DNA of 64,000 bases from Thermoplasmata archaeon (GTDB lineage Archaea; Thermoplasmatota; Thermoplasmata; Lutacidiplasmatales; UBA184). Under the pieces are notes generated by a model. It was not told the origin of the DNA. It did no database searches and saw only the letters and a program-made list of their open reading frames with translations. This document shows positions 27,019 through 36,472 of this stretch, piece by piece (within the stretch, counting starts at the first letter, position 1; every line of letters starts with the position of its first letter). The DNA lies in contig JBKQMS010000031.1 of assembly GCA_052326485.1 (NCBI GenBank), forward strand, positions 110,094 to 174,093, given 5' to 3'. A program made the position numbers and the translations under genes.

Positions 27019-27834
27019 CTACGTGCCTCCTTCCCGCCCGCCCTTGAGGTGCGGGGCCATCAGGATCCCGATCGGGGTCAGCTGGATGACGAACTGAGCG
27101 TGGGAGTGCGCCGTTCCGCGCATCTTGATGACCTGGAGGATGCGCAGGATGTCGCCCATCCGGTGGGAGTTCGAGAGAAGGATGACGCCGTCCACGATCG
27201 CCTCCTCGACGCCGTGCAGGGAGTACCGGCCCGGGGTCGGCCCGATCTCGGAGACGAGCAGCGAGGTGCAGCCGACCTCGTTCAACTCCTGCCCGAGACG
27301 AAGCATGAAGTCCCGGATCTGTTCCTCGCGTCGGATCCGGTAGCAGACTGAAGTGAGGCTGTCCAGGACGAGGCGGCGTATCCCCAGCGACTGGACCAGG
27401 TCCCGGATCGTACGGAGCACGATCCCGATCTCCTCGCTGGTAAGCTCCTCCCGGCCCAGTCCGAGCCGGTCGTACGCCTTCGGAAGGTCGACAAAGACGA
27501 GCGACCCCTGCTCCACGAGGTCCTTGTGGAAGAACTCGAACGTGGAGAGATTCTGCATCAGCTTACGGGAGGCCTCGGTCACCGACAGGAACAGCGACCG
27601 CTCTCCCCGTTCGGCCCCGCGGACCAGGAACTCGAGGCAAAGGGTCGTCTTCCCCGTGCCGACGCTGCCGGCCACGAGGACCATGTTCCCGCGCGGGATC
27701 CCGCCTTCCAGGATGCTGTCCAGCCCCTCGATGCCGGACTGGCACCGCTCCAGGACCACGGCCGGCGGCAGCAACCCGTCCGCCGCGGGGGTCACCGTCG
27801 GGGTCGCCGGCGGTGGAACGGGGGGAAGTTCCAT
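27019..27834 (-). CDS. KaiC-like single-domain ATPase (intact motifs)
   Basis: Contains GIEGLDSILEGGIP, Walker A AGSVGTGKTTL, Walker B RLVLDSL and the VIKMRGTAH motif. Confidence 0.85.
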   Translation of the reverse strand: MELPPVPPPATPTVTPAADGLLPPAVVLERCQSGIEGLDSILEGGIPRGNMVLVAGSVGTGKTTLCLEFLVRGAERGERSLFLSVTEASRKLMQNLSTFEFFHKDLVEQGSLVFVDLPKAYDRLGLGREELTSEEIGIVLRTIRDLVQSLGIRRLVLDSLTSVCYRIRREEQIRDFMLRLGQELNEVGCTSLLVSEIGPTPGRYSLHGVEEAIVDGVILLSNSHRMGDILRILQVIKMRGTAHSHAQFVIQLTPIGILMAPHLKGGREGGT

Positions 27835-27857
27835 CGGTAGAACGAGCCGCTCCGTCC

Positions 27858-30218
27858 CTAAGAGGGTTGTGGACGCTCGGAACCTTTGGAGGAGGGTACG
27901 GAGGGCGGCATCCCCGTTAGGGTCGGAATCCTCGCCGGGTCGACCACCCAGACCGCGCTCCCGTCCGAACGCGCGCCCGAGACCATGGCCCCAGCCCGGC
28001 CGAGCCTCGCCCCGGCCTCTCGAATGGCCCGGCCCCCGGGGTCAAGCGAGCTCCTGAGCTCGGAGAGCTTCACCCGGACGGGCTCTCCCGCGGGCTGGGC
28101 GCGCGCTCGTTCGAGGATCCAGGCCAGGACCTCGTCGACGGTCGCGGGCGCGCTCTCGGTCCCGAGCCCTGGCTCCCCGGTTCCCGGAGGCGCTGCAGGA
28201 ATCGGTGGCACGCCCCCTTTCTCGGGGGAGCCTCGGTCGGGCCCCGTCGGTCGACCGACAGTGCGCACCCAGTCCACGGAGCTCCCTTTCCCGAGCAGCA
28301 CGGCCGCGTGGCCTCGGGGTAAGGCGAGGAGCTCCTCGACCGAGAGACTGTGCGTGGTCCGGGAGAGCTCCCGGGCCTCTTCGGGAGAGCCGCGGAACGC
28401 AATGAAGTCCGAAACGTTCGTCCAAACGGCATCGGCCACCGCCTCGGGGAGAGAGCCCACCGTCTGGGTTGCCAGGATGACGTGCACGTTCCTTCGACGG
28501 GCGAGCCGGAGCATCTCGGCGAGGCCCTCGTGCGAGAACCACTGCGACTCGTCCAGCACGACGAACGTCTTCGGGTTGGAGGGCCGCGCGAGGAGCTCCG
28601 ACCAGACCAGGGCCAGGTAGACGGCCAACAGGTAGCGGGCGACCGATTCGCCCACCGCCGATGCGTCACCGGAGATGACCGCGATCCGGCCCGATTCGAC
28701 GAGCTCCCTCGCGTGGAGCGCGGGGCTCCGTTCGCACAGCATGCGGTTGAGGACCGGGCTTCGGACCACCTCGTAGAGCAGTCGGCGAGCCCCCTCCGCG
28801 TCGTCCGGGCGCTCACGGACACGGTCCGCCAGGTCGCGGACGGCGTCCTGGGCCTCCGGAGGAACAACCTGGCGGGTCCTCCCTCCCGTGGCGAGGAGCG
28901 TGTGGGCATCGACGAGCGTACCGGTGGGGAACGCCGCGGCTGCGCTGACGGCACGGGTCAGCATCTCCTCGAGTCGCGGGCCCCAGTACTGGGAGTCCAC
29001 GTACCGGCCGGAACGGACCCGGCGGAGGGCGTGGACGATGTCGTTGAGCCGTCGGTCGGAGAGGACGGGGTCGGTCTCCTTCCCCCCGATTCCCTCGAGC
29101 GCGTTGATCCCCGCCGCTCGGCCAAGCGGGGCGACCTCGACGAGTCGGGTGCGCTCGTCCGCCGAGAGCCCGGAAAGGAACGACCGTGCGGTCTCCCCGA
29201 GGGGGTCGAATAGGACCACGCCGCCGAGCGTCGACGCCTTCCGGGCGATCGCGACCAGCGTCGAGCTCTTTCCCATGCCGGTCTCTCCGAGGACCACGAG
29301 GTGACGCCCCTGGTCGGTCTCCACGGGGGGACCGACCACGCGACCGGCCGTCGAACGGCCGAGGGGAAGGACCGGCAGTCCTTCGACCCCCTGCCCCTCT
29401 GGGAGACCCACGCCACACTCGATGCCGGGCAGGACGCATGCGAGCTCGTCCTCCGACAGGAGGAACCCCGGGGATAGCCACGGGAGGCGGCGGCGGCCTC
29501 GAGAGAACCGGACGCCGTTCGCTCGGCCCGACCGCAGGGCGACCTCGATCGCCGACCGGACTCGCTTCGCTGAGGCGGGGTCGTCCGCCTCCTGCCGAGG
29601 GAGCGCGACGGAGACGGTCGCTTTCCAAAAGAGCGGGACCGCCCGTGCCACCGGGGGTGTTTCCGGTCGGTCTGGGCGCGTCGTTCTCTCTCCGAGCCGC
29701 CGTTCCCCGTGGGCCGGCACGAACCTATCCACTCCAAAGTCACGGGGACGGCTCCAGGTGGCAGGGCACGGATTGAACCTCCATCGGACCGAGATGCCCG
29801 GGGTGACCCCGCTCAGCGCGAGGGCGAGGCAGTCGATCGCGGATGGGCCGTCGGAGGGCTCTCGTAGCGGCTCCGGCCAGTCGTGGAGCCTCGAACCCCA
29901 ACGAACGTCGGACCATGGGTCAGAGGTGAAAGGGAGCCGATGGACCCAGGAGGCGCGCCCGAAGGCCGCGAACAGAATCCGGCTGGCCCACCGGGAACTT
30001 GCCGGATCGGGGCACCGCAGCGTCAGCGTGGGTAGGGGGCCAGAAACGAGATGCAGCTCGAATGAGGCCGCCAGCCCGTGCCCGACCCGGAGGGCCGCGG
30101 TGAGCCGCTCCCGGAAGGCCGACCGCTCCTCGGAGCGTCGGTCTCGCGGGGGATGTGGAACCAGCTGCCACTCCGAGAAACTCTCGCTCTCGGTGGGCTC
30201 TGGCCGCCGCCGGGACAC
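27858..30218 (-). CDS. HerA/FtsK-clade P-loop ATPase with unassigned N- and C-terminal regions
   Basis: Has Walker A LVVLGETGMGKSST, Walker B FVVLDESQWF and the HVILATQTVGSLP motif. There are no TM segments. The GTG start at 30218 is uncertain, since no in-frame ATG occurs for >300 codons. Confidence 0.75.
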   Translation of the reverse strand: MSRRRPEPTESESFSEWQLVPHPPRDRRSEERSAFRERLTAALRVGHGLAASFELHLVSGPLPTLTLRCPDPASSRWASRILFAAFGRASWVHRLPFTSDPWSDVRWGSRLHDWPEPLREPSDGPSAIDCLALALSGVTPGISVRWRFNPCPATWSRPRDFGVDRFVPAHGERRLGERTTRPDRPETPPVARAVPLFWKATVSVALPRQEADDPASAKRVRSAIEVALRSGRANGVRFSRGRRRLPWLSPGFLLSEDELACVLPGIECGVGLPEGQGVEGLPVLPLGRSTAGRVVGPPVETDQGRHLVVLGETGMGKSSTLVAIARKASTLGGVVLFDPLGETARSFLSGLSADERTRLVEVAPLGRAAGINALEGIGGKETDPVLSDRRLNDIVHALRRVRSGRYVDSQYWGPRLEEMLTRAVSAAAAFPTGTLVDAHTLLATGGRTRQVVPPEAQDAVRDLADRVRERPDDAEGARRLLYEVVRSPVLNRMLCERSPALHARELVESGRIAVISGDASAVGESVARYLLAVYLALVWSELLARPSNPKTFVVLDESQWFSHEGLAEMLRLARRRNVHVILATQTVGSLPEAVADAVWTNVSDFIAFRGSPEEARELSRTTHSLSVEELLALPRGHAAVLLGKGSSVDWVRTVGRPTGPDRGSPEKGGVPPIPAAPPGTGEPGLGTESAPATVDEVLAWILERARAQPAGEPVRVKLSELRSSLDPGGRAIREAGARLGRAGAMVSGARSDGSAVWVVDPARIPTLTGMPPSVPSSKGSERPQPS

Positions 30219-30340
30219 GCCGGCCCGATCCTGCCGAAGGGCTTGGAGGTGTCAACGGGCACGGAACGTGAACTCTGGGCTATCGCGTCACTCTCAAGTA
30301 TCCGCTACGCCCCCAAGGGACGGAGCTCGCCCCGACACAA

Positions 30341-31462
30341 ATGTCCGCCCTGGAAGAACAGATCCTCGCGGTGGAGGACGAGATCCGCAACACCGCGTAC
30401 AACAAGGCGACGCAACTGCACATCGGGCGGCTCAAGGCGAAGCTCGCAGTCCTTCGGCTGGAGCGCGAGACCCGGGCCAAGGGAAAGGGCGGGGGCGTCG
30501 GCTACTCGATCCGCAAAAGCGGCAACGCCACGGTCGGTCTCGTCGGCTATCCCTCCACGGGGAAGTCGACGTTGCTGAACCGTCTCACCGCCGCCAACAG
30601 CGAGGCGGCCGCGTACGACTTCACGACGGTCTCGATCATCCCAGGAATGCTTCGCTGGGGCGGAGCCTCGATCCAGATCCTCGACATGCCCGGTCTCATC
30701 CCCGGCGCCTCGAAGGGGCGCGGGAGGGGCCGCGAGGTCCTGTCGGTTGTGCGGTCCACGGACCTCGTGCTGTTCCTGATCGACCCGGAGCATCCGAACC
30801 TTCGGGCGCTGACGGCTGAGATCGAGGGAGCCGGCGTGCGCATCAACCAGCGGCCACCGCGCATCGTGCTCCAGCGTTCGGACCGGGGGGGCCTGACGGT
30901 CTCGAGCACCGTGCGGCTGACCCATTTGGCGGGCGGCGGAGCCGCGCAGATCGCCCGGGAGTTCGGCCTTCACAACGGGTCGATCGTCTTCCGCGAGGAC
31001 GCCACGGCTGACCAGCTGATCGACGTGCTCGCGGGGAACCGCGTCTACGTGCTGGCGATCATGGTGGTGAACAAGTCCGACCTGATGACCCCGAAGGAGC
31101 GGACCCAGCTCGCTGCGGCCCTCAGCCCCTACGAGCCCACCTTCATCTCCGCCCGCGCCGGGACGGGATTGGATGTCCTGGTGGACCAGATCGGAACGAC
31201 CCTCAAGTTCATCCGGATCTACGTCAAGCCCCCCGGGCTGCCCCCCGACCGGGAGGAGCCCGTGATCCTCCGTCAGGGGGAGTCGGTCACCGAGCTCCTC
31301 CGAAAGCTCCCGGGGGACCTCAGTCGGACATTCAAGGCGGCCCAGATATGGGGGAAGAGCGCGCGCTTCCCGGGCCAGACCGTGGGGCGGGACCACATCC
31401 TATCCGACGAGGACATCGTTACTGTGCTCGTCGTCCGCGGCGGCGCTCGCGCGGCCTCGTAG
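30341..31462 (+). CDS. DRG/Rbg-type Obg-family GTPase with TGS domain
   Basis: G motifs GYPSTGKSTLLN, DMPGL and NKSD are present, with a C-terminal TGS (IYVKPPG...DEDIVTVL). Confidence 0.85.
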   Translation: MSALEEQILAVEDEIRNTAYNKATQLHIGRLKAKLAVLRLERETRAKGKGGGVGYSIRKSGNATVGLVGYPSTGKSTLLNRLTAANSEAAAYDFTTVSIIPGMLRWGGASIQILDMPGLIPGASKGRGRGREVLSVVRSTDLVLFLIDPEHPNLRALTAEIEGAGVRINQRPPRIVLQRSDRGGLTVSSTVRLTHLAGGGAAQIAREFGLHNGSIVFREDATADQLIDVLAGNRVYVLAIMVVNKSDLMTPKERTQLAAALSPYEPTFISARAGTGLDVLVDQIGTTLKFIRIYVKPPGLPPDREEPVILRQGESVTELLRKLPGDLSRTFKAAQIWGKSARFPGQTVGRDHILSDEDIVTVLVVRGGARAAS

Positions 31463-32192
31463 GTCGGGCGTCTTCTCGGACGGGGAGACGCGCGGAGCGT
31501 CCCCAGCGCCCTCCGACCATGAAGTGCCCTTTGTGGAACGGCTCGAGCGGGACCGAGGCGAACAGCGAGACCGTGTCGGCGAGGGTTCGTTCGGCCGCCT
31601 CGCGATGGCCCACGGCCGACCGGTGCCGGCCCATGCTCGCGGTCTTGAGCGCGATGAGCAGTCGGGCCCCGTCCCCCGTCAGGAGGAGCTCGCCGTTCTT
31701 GACGACGATGTCGAGCTGGTCGGCCTGCGCGATGTCGGCGTAGACCCCGTCGACCGGCGGAACGAGGCTCGCGTACGCCAACGGGTCCCGGGCGTCCGCC
31801 AGGATCGGACGGAGGCTCGGCCACCGCGCCGAGAGCGAGAGCAGGCGCGCGAACGGTCGGACGCTCCGCTCGACCGCGTAGACCCGACCGTCCGGCCCGA
31901 CGAGGTCTGCGACGTGGGAGGCGGTCGTGCCCGTCGCCGCGCCGAGATAGAGCCAGCGCTCACCCGGGGCCGGCAGGTCCCCGGTCCATCCGCGCACCAC
32001 CGCCGCAGCCAACTTGGACCGGCCGGGCTCGAACGAACGATAGCGACGCTCCGCGACCTCGGTCCACCGCTCCCCGTACACCGGGGGCGGGTCGCCGACC
32101 GCCTCGGTCCAGAGCTCCCGCCGGTCGACGCGGTCGACCTCGAGCAGCCGTGGGGAGTCCGCGTGTGGGCGGAAGTTCCGGCCGGGTCTCAT
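31419..32192 (-). CDS. flpA: fibrillarin (C/D box sRNP 2'-O-methyltransferase)
   Basis: Contains RSFEPGRSKLAAAV and LYLGAATGTTASHVADLV. The Arg-rich C-terminal extension overlaps the 3' end of the convergent GTPase gene by 44 nt. Confidence 0.85.
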   Translation of the reverse strand: MRPGRNFRPHADSPRLLEVDRVDRRELWTEAVGDPPPVYGERWTEVAERRYRSFEPGRSKLAAAVVRGWTGDLPAPGERWLYLGAATGTTASHVADLVGPDGRVYAVERSVRPFARLLSLSARWPSLRPILADARDPLAYASLVPPVDGVYADIAQADQLDIVVKNGELLLTGDGARLLIALKTASMGRHRSAVGHREAAERTLADTVSLFASVPLEPFHKGHFMVGGRWGRSARLPVREDARPTRPRERRRGRRAQ

Positions 32193-33112
32193 CGCCGCTT
32201 CCTCCTCAGCGCCTCGATGCGGCGGTCCCGGCGTGCGACGAGCCCGGCGCTGATGTCCCGGTGCGTGCTCGCGTCCGCGCGGACCGCGATCGCCGCGATC
32301 GCCGCTAGGCTGCGAGCGTACGCCCCGCGTCGGCCGATCGGAACGTCGGCGAGCCGGTCCGCACGATAGAGGATCCCGAACCGCGGGCCCCGTTCCGCCG
32401 AGGGACGCCGTCGGCTGCCGAGCAGTTGGATCCGCGCAGAAGGCATTCGCGCGAGCGCACCCACCCCTCCGGCGAGAGCAACCAGGCGCGCGGCGATCCG
32501 GGGCCCCACGACCGCGGAGAGGTTCGGAACGAGGCGCTGGGCCTCGCCTTCGAGGGTTTCGCGCAATGCCTCCTCGAGGTCGCCGAGCGCGCCTCGGGCT
32601 CGTCCCCAGGCCACGAGATGGCGGTCAAGGGGGGAATCCGGGACCGGGATGAACGACTCGGCGGCCCGGGCCTCCCGTCCCACCGACCGTTCTACTCTTT
32701 CCTCCTCCCGGGCGAGGGTGATGAGCACCTCCTCAGGGGCGCGGAGCGCTCGTTCGAGCCGAAGGTGCCCCAGCGCTAGGAAGAACCGGCGCTCGGCCTC
32801 GCCGTCCGCTCGGGGGATGGACGCACGGGCTCGGTGTAGATCCTCGGCGGTCGGGGTCCCGACCGGGCGGCCCGCCGCCTCGGCGATCGCACGGGCGAGC
32901 CGAGGAGGGGATGCGAGGAGGCGGGAGCCTTCCGGAACGGAGGTCAGGGCGGCAAGTAGGTCGTCCGGCAGATCCGACGGGGCCAGCGTCTCGAAGCGGG
33001 CGGCGGCGCGGTGGGGGTCAGGGTCGAGCGAGAACGGCCCAGCGGGCCGGGCGCCTTCGGGTCCGGCAACGAAGAGGTCAGGTCCGCTTCCGACGACGAG
33101 CGTCGGCCGCAC
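32189..33112 (-). CDS. Nop56/58 (Nop5) C/D box sRNP core protein
   Basis: Has Nop-domain motifs VPNLSAVVGPRIAARLVALAGG and ARMPSARIQLLGS. It overlaps flpA by 4 nt. Confidence 0.8.
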   Translation of the reverse strand: MRPTLVVGSGPDLFVAGPEGARPAGPFSLDPDPHRAAARFETLAPSDLPDDLLAALTSVPEGSRLLASPPRLARAIAEAAGRPVGTPTAEDLHRARASIPRADGEAERRFFLALGHLRLERALRAPEEVLITLAREEERVERSVGREARAAESFIPVPDSPLDRHLVAWGRARGALGDLEEALRETLEGEAQRLVPNLSAVVGPRIAARLVALAGGVGALARMPSARIQLLGSRRRPSAERGPRFGILYRADRLADVPIGRRGAYARSLAAIAAIAVRADASTHRDISAGLVARRDRRIEALRRKRR

Positions 33113-33115
33113 GCC

Positions 33116-34522
33116 CTAGAACTCCGCGAGCGACTTCTGGAAGCGATGGCGTTCCTCGGGAACCTCGACCGGGTACTTCCCCGTGAGGCAACCGAGGCAG
33201 AGCTCGTCGGCCCGCAGCCCGATCGACTCGACGAGGCCGGGGAGGGAGAGATAGTGGACGCTGTCCGCGCCGACGAGCCGGGCCACCTCCTCTTCGGTGC
33301 GGTCGTGGGCGATCAGCTGGCGCCGGTCCTTCATGTCGATCCCGAAATAGCACGGCGCCCGGATCGGGGGACAGGCCACGCGGACGTCGACGTGGGCCGC
33401 GCCGGCGGAGCGGACCATCAGAAGGATCGCGCGGAGCGTCGTGCCGCGGACGATCGAGTCGTCCACGAGGACGATTCGCTTCCCCTTGAGGAGACCGGGC
33501 ACGGGGTGCAGCTTCACTAGGACCTCCTGCTCGCGGCGCTTCTGGTCGGGGAGGATGAACGTGCGCTCGACGAAGCGGCTCTTGATCAGCGCCTCGGCGT
33601 ATGGGATCCCCGTGCCGGCGGCGAAGCCCAGCGCTTGGGGCCGCGCCGAGTCCGGCACCGGGACGACCAGGTCGGCTTCGGCGGGCGCCTCCTTCGCAAG
33701 GCGCTGGCCGATGCGGTACCGGACGTCGTAGCAGGGCTGCTTATCGACGACCGAATCCGGGCGGGAGAAATAGACCCACTCGAACATGCAGTGCGCGGTC
33801 TCCCCATTGTTGGGGATCTTCGAGGTATGCGCGAGCTGGCCCCGCTCGAGGACGAGCACCTCTCCCGGCTCAGCGTCGCGGATCGCTTTTCCGCCCATCA
33901 TCTCGAGGGCGACCGACTCGCTCGCCACCGCGACGCCGCCTTCCAACGTCCCGAAGACGAGAGGGCGGATCCCGAGGGGGTCGCGGAACGCGTACACCCG
34001 GTTCCCCACGAGGAAGACGACCGCGTAGCCGCCGACCACGGTCGTACAGGCGCGGCGGATCGCCGCCTCGAGGTCGCGGGTGTGCCCGAATTCGAGCGCG
34101 ATCGACTGGGCCATCATCTCGGTGTCCGCGTTCCCGAGGAGGTCCACCCCTTGGGCCTGGAGGCGGCGGCGCACCCGCTCGAAGTTCACGATGTCGCCGT
34201 TGTGCGCGATCGCGCCGTCCTCGTCACGGATCTTGACGATGATCGGCTGGGCGTTCTCGAGGTCGGTCGCTCCCGTCGTGGGGTAGCGGACGTGCCCGAT
34301 CCCGCTCGAGCCCCGTAGGGAGTCGAGGAGCTCCTGGGTGAAGATCTCGTGGACGAGACCCATCCCCTTCTGGTGGTGCATCACGCCGTGGCTCGTGGTC
34401 GCGATGCCCGCCGATTCCTGGCCCCGGTGTTGGAGGGCCCGGAGGCCCCGGAATAGGAACGGTGCGGCCCCCGCTCCCTGGAGCGAGACCCCCACGACGC
34501 CGCAGAACTCTCGAGGAGGCAT
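33116..34522 (-). CDS. purF: amidophosphoribosyltransferase
   Basis: Has an N-terminal nucleophile Cys (MPPREF-CGVVGV) and the PRTase motif IVLVDDSIVRGTT. The track ORF extends to 34564; I prefer the ATG at 34522. Confidence 0.9.
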   Translation of the reverse strand: MPPREFCGVVGVSLQGAGAAPFLFRGLRALQHRGQESAGIATTSHGVMHHQKGMGLVHEIFTQELLDSLRGSSGIGHVRYPTTGATDLENAQPIIVKIRDEDGAIAHNGDIVNFERVRRRLQAQGVDLLGNADTEMMAQSIALEFGHTRDLEAAIRRACTTVVGGYAVVFLVGNRVYAFRDPLGIRPLVFGTLEGGVAVASESVALEMMGGKAIRDAEPGEVLVLERGQLAHTSKIPNNGETAHCMFEWVYFSRPDSVVDKQPCYDVRYRIGQRLAKEAPAEADLVVPVPDSARPQALGFAAGTGIPYAEALIKSRFVERTFILPDQKRREQEVLVKLHPVPGLLKGKRIVLVDDSIVRGTTLRAILLMVRSAGAAHVDVRVACPPIRAPCYFGIDMKDRRQLIAHDRTEEEVARLVGADSVHYLSLPGLVESIGLRADELCLGCLTGKYPVEVPEERHRFQKSLAEF

Positions 34523-34607
34523 GGCACGACCTAACGCCGGAGGAGGACCTCCGGTCGTACCCACCGAACTGCGGGACTTAAGCCGTGCGCTGTTGCCGGC
34601 TCCGGCT

Positions 34608-34931
34608 CTAGCCGAAGAGGGCGGAGAGCCCCTCGGCCGCCTCCTCCTCGGAGACGCCCTTTTCCTCTTTCTTCTCCTCTTCCTTCTTCTCGCCCTTGCC
34701 TTCCTTCTTCTCGGCCGGGGCCGCCGCTGGGGCGGGGGCCGCGAACGATTCGGCCTTCGCGAGGACCTCGCCGAGGTTGACCCCTTCGAGGGAAGCGAGG
34801 AGCGCCTTCACCCGGGCGGTGTCGGGGGAGACCCCCGCCGCGCTCAGGACCCCGGTGAGGGCCTTCTCATCGATCGGCTTTCCGGCTGCATTGAGCAGCA
34901 ACGCACCATACACGTACTCCATTGTTCTCAC
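34608..34931 (-). CDS. rpl12: 50S ribosomal stalk protein P1 (L12)
   Basis: [15 protein letters not shown]...[23 protein letters not shown], ending in the canonical stalk tail. Confidence 0.9.
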   Translation of the reverse strand: MRTMEYVYGALLLNAAGKPIDEKALTGVLSAAGVSPDTARVKALLASLEGVNLGEVLAKAESFAAPAPAAAPAEKKEGKGEKKEEEKKEEKGVSEEEAAEGLSALFG

Positions 34932-34953
34932 TCCGTGGACTCTGGGGGAACCC

Positions 34954-35814
34954 TCAGTGACCCGTCAAGCGGCCGACCGCCGCGGCCTCGCGCATCGCTT
35001 TCGCGAAGAGCGGTTCGATCGTTTCCTTCGTGATGTACCCGGTCGCGAGCGCCAACCCGAGCGCGCGGCGATGCGCGCGCGCGACGAGACGCGGGATGCT
35101 CTGGGGGGTCGGATAGCCAAGCTCGACCGCGAGCCCGATGGCGTGGGCCGCGGCTCGGGCCAGGTCCGCCCGGCGCGCGTCGAGGTCGACCGATAGGACC
35201 TCGGGGGGATAGAACGTGGAACCGTCGACGACGGCGCGCAGCGTGAGGCCCACCTCGAGCGGGAAGATCTCGAGCCGCGTCAGGAGGCCCGCGACCTCGC
35301 GTGAGATCGTCGCGCCCGCCTTCACGATCGTGGTGTCCTTCTTCAGGATCACCTTCCCCTTCTCGATCGCCGCCGGGAACCCCGCGTGCTGGAGCTCTCC
35401 GACGATCGGTCCCGGCTTGAAGCTCGTGGTCCCCGCGGGAACGAAGATGTCGGCCGGAGCGACCTCGCCTCCGCGCGCGGGGGTCGGGGACCGGGTCCGG
35501 AGGAACTCCTGGTAGAGCGAGAACGGGTTCCCCTCGGCGGAGAGGATTGCCGTAGGGTCCTGGACCTGGCCAAGGAGGGGTTCGAACGCCGGCCGCTCCG
35601 TCATCGCCTTCTGGAGCGCGTGGCGGATCGTGCTGTTGGTGGCCACCGTGATCGGATGGTCCCGGTTCCGCAGCTCCCGACGCATCGACTGCAGAGCGGA
35701 CGCGGGAACGCCGCGGATCCCGACGACGGCGACCATCGGCTTCGAGACGATGACCGACGCGAGCGCGTCGACGCGGGCGATCTTCTCGGGCGGAACGGAC
35801 CCACGACCGGGCAT
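34954..35814 (-). CDS. rpl10: 50S ribosomal stalk protein P0 (L10), no acidic tail
   Basis: It is P0-like throughout ([22 protein letters not shown]...) but ends ...AAVGRLTGH without the Glu-rich/GLxxLFG tail. Confidence 0.85.
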   Translation of the reverse strand: MPGRGSVPPEKIARVDALASVIVSKPMVAVVGIRGVPASALQSMRRELRNRDHPITVATNSTIRHALQKAMTERPAFEPLLGQVQDPTAILSAEGNPFSLYQEFLRTRSPTPARGGEVAPADIFVPAGTTSFKPGPIVGELQHAGFPAAIEKGKVILKKDTTIVKAGATISREVAGLLTRLEIFPLEVGLTLRAVVDGSTFYPPEVLSVDLDARRADLARAAAHAIGLAVELGYPTPQSIPRLVARAHRRALGLALATGYITKETIEPLFAKAMREAAAVGRLTGH

Positions 35815-35824
35815 CGCGACCTTC

Positions 35825-36472
35825 CTACCAGAGCCGGACGGCCGGCCCCATCGTGGTCTTCACGTACACGGATTCGATGTTCGTACGGCCGCGCTCGAGC
35901 TTCCCCATGATCCGCGTGAGCACGGCGTCGACGTTCTGGGCGATCTCCTCGGGCTTCATGGCCCGAGTGCCGACCGGCGCGTGGAACGTGCGGTTCCCCT
36001 TGGAGCGGATCCGGATCGATCGCTTGAGCGCGTTCACGAGGTTCGTGGGGTCGCTCCCCGGAGGCACCGGGCGCGGCATCTTCCCGCGCGGCCCGAGCAC
36101 GACACCGAGACGCTTACCGATCGTCGGCATGAGCGTCGCCTCCGCGAGGAAGAAGTCGACGTCGCTGACGACCTTCTTGACGTTCTTCTTGTCCTTCGCG
36201 AACTCGTCCAGCTCGTTCGCCGGGACGACCAGGTCGGCGACGCCCCGCATCTTCTGGCAGAGCTCGGGCGAGCCGAACACGGCGACCTTCACGGCCCGGC
36301 CGCGGCCGTTCGGGAGCGGCACTTCGTCCTCGAGGCGGTTCTTCGGGACCGTCAAGTCGAGGTCCTTCAAGTTCACGGAAAGCTCGACCGTCTCGGAGAA
36401 CTTGCGTTCCTTCCGCTCGGTGGCCTTCGAGAGGGCCTCGGTAACCACTTCCACAGCAGAACGGTCGGGCAT
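35825..36472 (-). CDS. rpl1: 50S ribosomal protein L1
   Basis: L1 family pattern (FSETVELSVNLKDLD..., GKMPRPVPP). A GGAGGAG precedes the ATG. Confidence 0.9.
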   Translation of the reverse strand: MPDRSAVEVVTEALSKATERKERKFSETVELSVNLKDLDLTVPKNRLEDEVPLPNGRGRAVKVAVFGSPELCQKMRGVADLVVPANELDEFAKDKKNVKKVVSDVDFFLAEATLMPTIGKRLGVVLGPRGKMPRPVPPGSDPTNLVNALKRSIRIRSKGNRTFHAPVGTRAMKPEEIAQNVDAVLTRIMGKLERGRTNIESVYVKTTMGPAVRLW

